Shown piece by piece: positions 27,772 through 34,895 of a stretch of 34,895 nt of DNA. Each line of letters begins with the position of its first letter. Positions within the stretch are counted from its first letter, which is position 1. The position numbers were made by a program, and so were the translations under genes. The notes beneath the pieces were generated by a model that was not told the DNA's origin, did not search any database, and worked only from the letters and a program-made list of their open reading frames with translations. The stretch is from an uncultured Dokdonia sp. (lineage in GTDB: Bacteria; Bacteroidota; Bacteroidia; Flavobacteriales; Flavobacteriaceae), in the NCBI GenBank assembly GCA_937124495.1, contig CAKZKZ010000535.1:1-34895 (forward strand), read 5' to 3'.

Positions 27772-29282
27772 AGATGAACAAGAATCTTCTTAGAAGTGCT
27801 CTGATAGTCTCTTATGTTATCATCATTGCGGTTATTGTAGGTGGTGTTAGCTCTTTGTTTAGCTATTTAAATACAGGAGCCGACAGATCTTCTATATTAC
27901 ATACAGAAATCCAAAAAATAGATCAATATATACCTACAGTGATTTGGGCACCTTTAGATAATGAAGGACGACCCATGGACGACCAAACATTAGGAAGGCT
28001 TGAAAATAATTATCTAGATGCATGGTATATAAAACAAGTGGCGTATAAAGCGAACGCAACTGAAGGAATCGAAGATTATTATACAGAAAGTGCTCGAAAA
28101 AATGTGTATGAAACCATTACATATAATGCAATAGCAGGTATTACTATAGAAGGAACAACACTAGAGCATCATCCTACGCTGGATTTCTTTAGTGAAGATG
28201 GGCAATTGGCAGTACTAACCGATCGTGATGTTGTGGAGTATAAACGTATGTATAAAGACAATGTATTTGTTTTAGAAACCAAAGAGATTTCCACTTATAA
28301 GGTGATGTTCTTACTAGAAGATGGTTTTTGGCGTATTAGACATATTATCAAAGAAAATACAAAACCATATATTGAAAAAGAGGATGCTAAGACGTTGAAA
28401 GAAGTAGCGGTAAAAGGTATCAATTATTATCCTCAGGCCACTCCTTGGGATATGTTTGGAGATGGTTTTGATACAGAAATAATTTCAAACGATTTTAAAA
28501 TTATACAAGAAGCAGGACTGCAAAGCATTCGCATATTTGTTCAATATGATGATTTTGGAAAAGCGAATGTACAGGATGATAAGCTTAAGAAGCTAGAAGA
28601 AACCCTTGACATTGCCAAGCAACATAATTTAAAAGTAATGATCACGCTTTTTGATTTTTATGGAGAGTATTCCGTATTAGATTGGACGTTGAATAGACGT
28701 CACGCACAAACTATCGTTTCCAGACTAAAAGACTATGCCGCTTTGTATGCCTGGGATATTAAAAATGAGCCTAACCTAGATTTTGAATCTCGTGGAGAAG
28801 AACAGGTGATTGCCTGGTTAGATATGATGGTAAATTTTGTGAAATCCACAGATGGACAACATCCCGTAACGATCGGATGGTCCAATGCAGAAAGTGCTTT
28901 TATTCTTAATGATCAAGTAGACTTTGTGTCCTTTCATTTTTATGAAGATCTTGATACCTTAGAAGAAGTATATAGTTCTTTAAAAAAGCAAATACCTCAA
29001 AAATCTATAGTGATGAGTGAGTTTGGTGTATCGTCTTATAAAGGACTTTGGAATCCATTGGGGAATTCAGAAAAAGAGCAAGCGTCGTATCATAAAGAAG
29101 CACAAGAGATGATCGCAAAAAACAAAATCTCTTTTATGTCTTGGACCTTATACGACTTTGTAGAAATACCAAAGGAAGTCGTAGGGAGACTTCCGTGGCG
29201 GAAAAACAATCAAAAATACTTCGGGTTTATTGATGAAAAAGGGGATGAAAAACCAGCATTCCAATATATTTCTAAGCAGTAA
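27765..29282 (+). CDS. Membrane-anchored clan GH-A (GH5/GH2-like) glycoside hydrolase
   Basis: N-terminal TM; KGINYYP, SIRIF, WDIKNEP (acid/base), SFHFY, MSEFG (nucleophile), SWTLYDF. Confidence 0.85.
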   Translation: MVKMNKNLLRSALIVSYVIIIAVIVGGVSSLFSYLNTGADRSSILHTEIQKIDQYIPTVIWAPLDNEGRPMDDQTLGRLENNYLDAWYIKQVAYKANATEGIEDYYTESARKNVYETITYNAIAGITIEGTTLEHHPTLDFFSEDGQLAVLTDRDVVEYKRMYKDNVFVLETKEISTYKVMFLLEDGFWRIRHIIKENTKPYIEKEDAKTLKEVAVKGINYYPQATPWDMFGDGFDTEIISNDFKIIQEAGLQSIRIFVQYDDFGKANVQDDKLKKLEETLDIAKQHNLKVMITLFDFYGEYSVLDWTLNRRHAQTIVSRLKDYAALYAWDIKNEPNLDFESRGEEQVIAWLDMMVNFVKSTDGQHPVTIGWSNAESAFILNDQVDFVSFHFYEDLDTLEEVYSSLKKQIPQKSIVMSEFGVSSYKGLWNPLGNSEKEQASYHKEAQEMIAKNKISFMSWTLYDFVEIPKEVVGRLPWRKNNQKYFGFIDEKGDEKPAFQYISKQ

Positions 29283-29476
29283 TAGCGGTCGATTTTACTC
29301 ATTATATATTTTGAAATAAATGGAATAAAGAGGAGTTGAAATTTTTATTTTTTACCTCAATCCTAAAGGAAGAACTAAAAATTTCAGAGATGATTCTCTT
29401 TAGGGCTAGGGAAAAAACCGATGAAATTAGCTTAAAATGCACATAGAGTTGATTTCAATTGTAACTAAGTTTTCTA

Positions 29477-29874
29477 AAATACCGAGAGAGTTTAGGGGGA
29501 AACTCTCTCGGTGAAAAAACAATCAAAAAATAAGTTGGGGTATTGGTAAATAGGGGTGAAAGTGGTTGTTCAGGTATGCTTTAAATAATAACGTTTGTTT
29601 TGTGTTTTAAATAGCAACTAATCTTTTAAAAATACCTGAGGAATTTAGGGGGAAACTCCTCAGGTGAAAAAACAATCAAAAAATAAGTTGGGGTATTGGT
29701 AATTAGGGGTGAAAGCGAGTGTTCAAAATGTATTTTTAAGTCATAGTATCCGTTTTATTTTACATCGTATATGCGTTTTCTGAAGTGCCAAGGAAGTCTA
29801 GGGAAACTCCCCCGGCGAAAAATAATCAGAAACAATTTGGGGCATTCATACATAGGGGTGAAAGCGGGTGTTCA
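29477..29874 (-). ncRNA. Three tandem ~95-nt sRNA-like units (29477-29572, 29630-29725, about 29783-29874), 153-nt period
   Basis: Each unit has C-rich boxes and a hairpin with compensatory changes; the stem mismatches resolve as G-U pairs only on the minus strand. Confidence 0.6.
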
Positions 29875-29883
29875 ATTATATTT

Positions 29884-31104
29884 CTAAACAATAGAAGGCT
29901 CTTTTTGAGTCACTATTGTATGTTTTCTTTTTTGAATAATAGTATTAAATGTATCTACATACATATCAGCTATTCTTTCCATAGGGAATGCGATAGAAGC
30001 CTTATAATTAAGTTGGCCTAATTCAATTCTATATGCATCATTTGTAATAATAGTTTCAATAGCTTGTGCTAAGCTCTGTACACTTTCTGGTGCAAAAAAT
30101 TCGCCTCGATATCCTTCATCTTTTACTAAGAGGGCTAAGTCTCCTAAGTCTGGAAGTACTACAGCCTTACCATAACTCCCTGCTTGATGTAATACACCAG
30201 AACTTCCCGTGGTTGCTGTGTATGGAAAGACAACAACAGCACTTTCTTTAAACAAAGAAGGTACTTCTTCTTCTTCAACATAGCCTGTAAAACGAACTTG
30301 GTCTAAATGTTTATATTTTTCTGCTACACTTGCTAAATAACCAGGGACATTAGGATTATCTGTTCCAGCAATGACCACTTCTAGATCTAATCCAGAAGAT
30401 TGTTTTACCATCTCGACAGCTTCAATGAGAGATTCTACTTTTTTATAAGTCCCAAACTTTCCAAAGGTCATAATCTGTAACGAACCTTCTGGAATGGTGT
30501 ATTCTGGGGTTTGGTTGGATACTTCAAACGTTCCGTGGGGGATTAATTGTACGTTAGAAACGTTATATTTTTCTTCAAGAACATCTACATATTTTTGCAT
30601 CGTTACCGCAACAACATCAGCTTGAAGGATCAATCTAGTAATCATAGATCCAATAAAACCGTATGCTTTCTGGAGTAACTTATTAGAAGTGAATCCTGCA
30701 GATGCAAGATCTACTTCTTCCATAATGTTATGTAGTAATACAACATTAGGAATTTTTCTCAATTTGCATACAAGGGGTAATAATAAGCCCAAAGTTGCTG
30801 CTACTTTTTTGTCTCCAAACTTCATAAACTGCAAGTTGAATAAGACTACATCGGGTTGTACACTTTTTATAGCACTACTTACACTTGAAATAGTACGGTA
30901 GCTATTAAAAGACCAACATTCTCTCACCGACACTTTACAGCCATATTCTATAAACGAAGTTGGTTTTTTTCCTTCCGTTGTATCTGTAAGTAATACAATC
31001 TCAGTGATCGCCTCTTTTTGTCTAAATTGCTTCACAAGATGAAAAGCATATTCGTTTAAGGTGACTTTACTAGGAGGATATGCGGTGACGATGGCAAGTT
31101 TCAT
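29884..31104 (-). CDS. GT4 (GT-B) glycosyltransferase
   Basis: IPHG, FGKFGTYKKVE, FTGYVEEEEV, VVFPY...SSGVLHQAGSYGKAVV. Confidence 0.9.
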   Translation of the reverse strand: MKLAIVTAYPPSKVTLNEYAFHLVKQFRQKEAITEIVLLTDTTEGKKPTSFIEYGCKVSVRECWSFNSYRTISSVSSAIKSVQPDVVLFNLQFMKFGDKKVAATLGLLLPLVCKLRKIPNVVLLHNIMEEVDLASAGFTSNKLLQKAYGFIGSMITRLILQADVVAVTMQKYVDVLEEKYNVSNVQLIPHGTFEVSNQTPEYTIPEGSLQIMTFGKFGTYKKVESLIEAVEMVKQSSGLDLEVVIAGTDNPNVPGYLASVAEKYKHLDQVRFTGYVEEEEVPSLFKESAVVVFPYTATTGSSGVLHQAGSYGKAVVLPDLGDLALLVKDEGYRGEFFAPESVQSLAQAIETIITNDAYRIELGQLNYKASIAFPMERIADMYVDTFNTIIQKRKHTIVTQKEPSIV

Positions 31105-31206
31105 GGGTGTTGTTTTTTATGATTATATCACAGGTCGGTGAATTGAATTTGAATAGTAGATAGAGGCAATAGTATATCGTTAGTGTATGATGATTTAGGT
31201 CTAATT

Positions 31207-31485
31207 TTATGCTGCTTTATGATAGGTGAAGTCATAATAGATCTCCTTGCATCCATAACCAGTTACTGAAAATTCTTTTTGGTTTTGTAGTGCATTTGTA
31301 TGTAATGTCTTAATAGCTTCTACACCTATTTTATCAATCTCTTTTACGTTATCAATATTAATGGTCACCTCTTCATTTTTTCTAAGGATATGTGTAAAAT
31401 GTGTTAGAAAAGAATTTGAAGTTGTTGTATTTATTTTTCCAGTGATGTAAAATGTTCCGTTGCATTCTAAAATTTGTAAAGCCAT
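31207..31485 (-). CDS. STAS-domain protein (anti-anti-sigma-like), paralog 1
   Basis: G.IN...VTINIDNVKEIDKIGV STAS pattern. Confidence 0.8.
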   Translation of the reverse strand: MALQILECNGTFYITGKINTTTSNSFLTHFTHILRKNEEVTINIDNVKEIDKIGVEAIKTLHTNALQNQKEFSVTGYGCKEIYYDFTYHKAA

Positions 31486-31561
31486 GATTGTTATTTTTTA
31501 ATTGTTATTGTTTGTTTCTGGTGTAAATATCGTGTAGTTGTCTCATTTTTAACACCATATC

Positions 31562-31592
31562 TCGACGGACTGCTATTTACTGTAGATGAATG
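31562..31592. promoter_or_regulatory. LytTR-like tandem site, copy 2
   Basis: TCGACGGACT-N11-TAGATGAATG upstream of STAS paralog 1. Confidence 0.6.
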
Positions 31593-31860
31593 GAATATTG
31601 GTTTCGATATAATGGTTTTTTGACTGTGTACGCTTTCGCGAAAGCGTATGATAAATTTTGATAATCAGGATGATAGATGATGTATAATGAATTTTGGCAG
31701 TCACTAGCGTATATGTAATTGAACAATTTCCTTTCTAAAGATTATATTCATGCGAACACTTTTTATGTGCTTATATTTATATTGAAATAATGAGAAGGTA
31801 TTTGTCTAATAGCTAACGACTATTAGCTAAAGGCAAGAATGATGCATTAGTGTGTTTATT

Positions 31861-33126
31861 CTATAATGATTTGTTACGAGCATATTTGTTTTTGCCTGCA
31901 TCAAAAAAGAAGAAAGCAATTTGAGTAGCGAGTAACAAAACCATTGCAGCTATTTGCATGTGTACTACTTGTACTAAACTGTCATGAAAGAAAATAACCA
32001 ATCCCATCTGAAGCATTCCAAAAACGCCAGAGATCACAACAGGGACGTATTTATCTAATGATAAATAATAGTAGGCAAAAATATTTGCGATGGCAAACAA
32101 GCCAGTTGCTAGCGCATATTTCCATAAAAGAGGAGCGATTTCTAAGTATTGCTCACCAAATAATAATTGGATAGCCATTTCTGGAAAAACAGCAGTTGCA
32201 CCAATAATTAAAAGAGAGATGCACGCAATATATCCTACATACTTAAATAAGATAGGTGCCGTTGCTTTTCCTTCTTTTTTCAGTTGTACAACGGTAGGAA
32301 GTAATAACATCACAAACATCCAAGCGATAAAATAAACAATCCGACCTATAAGGGCTAAAGCAGCATACAAACCCGCATCCCATGACTCAAAAAAGTGCTT
32401 TACCAATAAGATGTCACTATTATTAATAATGATTTGGGTGAATTCATAAAAAGCGGTGATGATAAAAAAGCGACGTATTTGTTTGGTCTCCTTTGCATAG
32501 GTTATGCCCAACCCTTTGAAGGATAATTTTTTAAATTTAAAAGGAATGAGTCCAAAACCAAAAGAGAGTAAAATCCCGATAGCAATGACAATAGAGGATT
32601 TGATGTCAAAGAGTACAATCAATCCTAGTGTGATGACCAAACGACTCAACATTTCTAATTGATAGGTAATAGAAAGCATCTTAAATTGCTTTTTCCCTTG
32701 AAAAACACCTCTATTGACACTCATCATAAAATACAAAGGAATCCCAATACCAAAGACCATAAACATGCCTGAAGAAGAGGTGTGAAAAAGCGCTTGTAAC
32801 TGATTAGCAAAAACAATAGTTAATAGACCGGTTATCACTCCAATGAGGATTCCGTAGGTATGCATATTTGAGACAAACTTCGAGAGAAGACTATCATTAA
32901 ATGTCACTGAAAATTTTGCAGTCGCTAGTTGAAATGTCATCGCTACAAATGATAAAACCAATAAAAAAGTGATCAGTACAGCAGCATCAGAAAACTGTTC
33001 AGGTCCTAATAAACGACCAAGAATGAGATTGTACGCATAATTTCCTCCGTTTACGATAAGGACACTGACCATAAATACCTGTTCTTGGGTGAGGGTGTAT
33101 GTCCGTTTTTTACTAATACTAATCAT
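31861..33126 (-). CDS. Oligosaccharide flippase (Wzx/MATE-like)
   Basis: About 12 TM segments; N.YNLILGRLLGPEQF, RGVFQG, NSDILLVKHFF...AGLYAA. Confidence 0.85.
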   Translation of the reverse strand: MISISKKRTYTLTQEQVFMVSVLIVNGGNYAYNLILGRLLGPEQFSDAAVLITFLLVLSFVAMTFQLATAKFSVTFNDSLLSKFVSNMHTYGILIGVITGLLTIVFANQLQALFHTSSSGMFMVFGIGIPLYFMMSVNRGVFQGKKQFKMLSITYQLEMLSRLVITLGLIVLFDIKSSIVIAIGILLSFGFGLIPFKFKKLSFKGLGITYAKETKQIRRFFIITAFYEFTQIIINNSDILLVKHFFESWDAGLYAALALIGRIVYFIAWMFVMLLLPTVVQLKKEGKATAPILFKYVGYIACISLLIIGATAVFPEMAIQLLFGEQYLEIAPLLWKYALATGLFAIANIFAYYYLSLDKYVPVVISGVFGMLQMGLVIFFHDSLVQVVHMQIAAMVLLLATQIAFFFFDAGKNKYARNKSL

Positions 33127-33155
33127 ATCTATATTGATTTTAAGGTGTGTGTCGT

Positions 33156-33434
33156 TTATGCTATCTGGTAATATCTAAACTCTTCATAGATGTCTTTACA
33201 TCCATGTCCTATTATAGAAAATTGCTTATTTTCTTTTTGTGCACTACTATAGATTGTTTTAAAAGCAGTGACCCCACTTCTATCAATTTCTCTTACTTGA
33301 TCTATATTTATCGTCACCTCTTTTGTGTTTTTAAACACGCGTTCAATATGAGTAATTAAAGGGCTTGTGTTTGTTAGATTTAATATTCCTTTAAGGTAAA
33401 GTGTTCCGTTGCATTCTAAAATTTGTAAGGACAT
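33156..33434 (-). CDS. STAS-domain protein, paralog 2
   Basis: VTINIDQVREIDRSGV; same length (92 aa) and ungapped alignment with paralog 1. Confidence 0.8.
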   Translation of the reverse strand: MSLQILECNGTLYLKGILNLTNTSPLITHIERVFKNTKEVTINIDQVREIDRSGVTAFKTIYSSAQKENKQFSIIGHGCKDIYEEFRYYQIA

Positions 33435-33513
33435 AATGTGTGTTTTTTTTAGTGGTTATTGTTTTAAATCTGATGTAAATATCGTTTAGGTTTCTTTGTA
33501 TCCCGTTTACATT

Positions 33514-33544
33514 TCGACGAGTGACCATTTACTGTAGATGAATG
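33514..33544. promoter_or_regulatory. LytTR-like tandem site, copy 3
   Basis: TCGACGAGTG-N11-TAGATGAATG between the divergent STAS and TPR genes. Confidence 0.6.
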
Positions 33545-33588
33545 ATGGAGCATCCTTGCTTAACTTGCATATAACTTAAAACATCACC

Positions 33589-34895
33589 ATGAAACTTAAT
33601 TATATTATATTAGTAATCATTGTTTTACAATCCTTTTTGGGATTTTCTCAAGACATGAAGGAAGGCTTCACATATTTGGAAACAGGAAAGTATAAAGAAG
33701 CAGTAACCTACTTTGAATCTGTATTAGAAACCTATCCTGAAAACAAAACTGCCAGGTTATGTTATGGACGTGCTGTAGGTCTTCAAGGGGATGCCAAAAA
33801 AGCCGTTGCTATTTTTGAAACCTTACTAAAGGAGTATCCACAAGATTTTGAAATACAACTTAATTATGCCGAGTCTTTATTATGGGATAAAAAATATACG
33901 GAAGCAAAATCTTATTATGAGACACTTCTAAAAAAGGATGACAAAAGCTTTCCAACCTTATTAGGATATGCCAATACACTTTCCAATCTTAAGATATATG
34001 ATACGGCATTAGAATATGTAAATAAAGCATTAATAGTGTCTCCTGGAAATGCAAATGCATTGGTGTCAAAAAAATACATATACTTAGGATATGCAAATCA
34101 ATATGTGCAATCTCAGGAGTATGATACCGCATTAGGATTATTGCAAAAAAATATAACTGCCAATCCATCAGATAAAGAGACACTTCTTAATATTGCTAAT
34201 GTGCATTTGATTACTTCCGCTTTCGCGAAAGCAAAAACAACCTACCAAACGATTGAAAAAAATGACAGCATCGTTGCATTGAATGGTCTCTCATTAGTAT
34301 CGCATTTAGAAGGAAAAGACAAAGAAGCTTTACGCATAAGCAAGAAAGCAATGACACTTCTTAAAAATGAAACAGATGAAGCATTACGTAATCAGACTGT
34401 AGAACGTTTCGCGCAAGCGTTATTATGGAATAAAAAATATAAGAACGCAGGGCAAGTAATAGATAGTTTAACTCAAACATATCCTGATAAGAACTGGGTG
34501 CGTTCTTTACGAGCAACACAAGATGTATATAAAGGAGATTTCAAAAGTGCGTTGGTACAGTATGATTCGATTTTAAAGAAAGATAGCCTGTCTTTTGATG
34601 GGAACCTTGGAAAAGCAAATGCACAGAAAGCATTAGGATTGTATACTGAGGCGTATGCTTCGGCAGCGCAAGCATATACTATTTTTGGAAAGCAGAAGGA
34701 TGTGATGACATTTACAAAAACGCTTGATAAGCAGTTTACACCTTTTGTAGAAACAAGAACTTCGTACAGCTTTGATAATGGCGATAATGAAGCGACAACA
34801 TTTTTAGCCAATGCAGTTTTGCCAGTATCTACAAAACTAAAATTTCACGGATCTTATCAATATAGAGATGCACAAAAGAAGGTGACCAATAGTGA
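33589..34895 (+). CDS. Exported TPR-repeat protein, 5' part (runs off the right edge)
   Basis: Not in the ORF track. MKLNYIILVIIVLQSFLGFSQDMKEGFTYLETGKYKEAVTYFESVLETYPENKTARLCYGRAVGL...; signal peptide plus TPRs; appears open to the window end. Confidence 0.85.
   Translation, partial: MKLNYIILVIIVLQSFLGFSQDMKEGFTYLETGKYKEAVTYFESVLETYPENKTARLCYGRAVGLQGDAKKAVAIFETLLKEYPQDFEIQLNYAESLLWDKKYTEAKSYYETLLKKDDKSFPTLLGYANTLSNLKIYDTALEYVNKALIVSPGNANALVSKKYIYLGYANQYVQSQEYDTALGLLQKNITANPSDKETLLNIANVHLITSAFAKAKTTYQTIEKNDSIVALNGLSLVSHLEGKDKEALRISKKAMTLLKNETDEALRNQTVERFAQALLWNKKYKNAGQVIDSLTQTYPDKNWVRSLRATQDVYKGDFKSALVQYDSILKKDSLSFDGNLGKANAQKALGLYTEAYASAAQAYTIFGKQKDVMTFTKTLDKQFTPFVETRTSYSFDNGDNEATTFLANAVLPVSTKLKFHGSYQYRDAQKKVTNS

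Larger units (their letters stand above)
313..34232. repeat. Dispersed 14-bp palindrome GCTTTCGCGAAAGC: 8 perfect copies and 1 near-copy
   Basis: Starts at 313, 5571, 17784, 18391, 22373, 27517, 31632 and 34219; 13/14 match at 9047. Confidence 0.95.

Noticed and set aside
29477..29874. CRISPR array
   Set aside because: Units are ~95 nt, diverge with compensatory stem changes and number only three; no cas genes in the window.
29785..30021. 78-aa ORF over repeat unit 3
   Set aside because: GTG start, antisense overlap with the GT4 gene, and no corresponding ORF evident in the other units.
34404..34420. ACGTTTCGCGCAAGCGT as another copy of the 14-bp palindrome
   Set aside because: Several differences from the consensus inside a CDS; could be chance, so not counted.
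1943..34811. Short ORFs nested in or antisense to long genes (e.g. 1943, 4899, 5139, 9575, 12422, 16839, 22678, 23959, 30689, 32090, 33989, 34473)
   Set aside because: Shadow frames of well-supported CDSs with no recognisable motifs.

Overview
AT-rich DNA whose gene families, TAnnTTTG promoter and signal peptides suggest a Bacteroidota (Flavobacteriaceae-like) chromosome; the taxon is an inference. Left end (minus strand): DUF3857/transglutaminase-type gene (partial), a TPR/MORN-repeat protein and an M20 peptidase. Positions 5570-17894 form an integrase-less island of about 12.2 kb, bounded by a 112-bp direct repeat (111/112 identical) that duplicates the 5' end of the peptidase gene and begins at a GCTTTCGCGAAAGC palindrome. 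The island encodes a caspase-like protease, a small peptide plus TPR histidine kinase plus LuxR-type regulator, and a five-gene operon: TIR protein, 869-aa possible inactive STAND-like protein, tandem SPFH-like protein, small basic protein and DUF4407-like membrane protein. A Zn-finger pseudogene follows. The best candidate for a new system is this island: the TIR C-terminus and the 869-aa N-terminus share a colinear 23-residue N/G-rich motif (core ILNGDG), the layout used by amyloid-signalling receptor/effector pairs, and the caspase and TIR promoter regions share a 16-bp palindrome. Further right: a Cys-rich leader peptide, a second TPR two-component locus preceded by a structured RNA candidate and an unannotated 53-aa lipoprotein, and a glycan cluster (GT2, GT-C-like, GH-A hydrolase, GT4, flippase, two STAS proteins, TPR protein) with LytTR-like tandem sites and three covarying ~95-nt sRNA-like repeats. 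Eight perfect copies of the 14-bp palindrome occur in the window. All domain calls are by-eye motif recognition; no searches were run.
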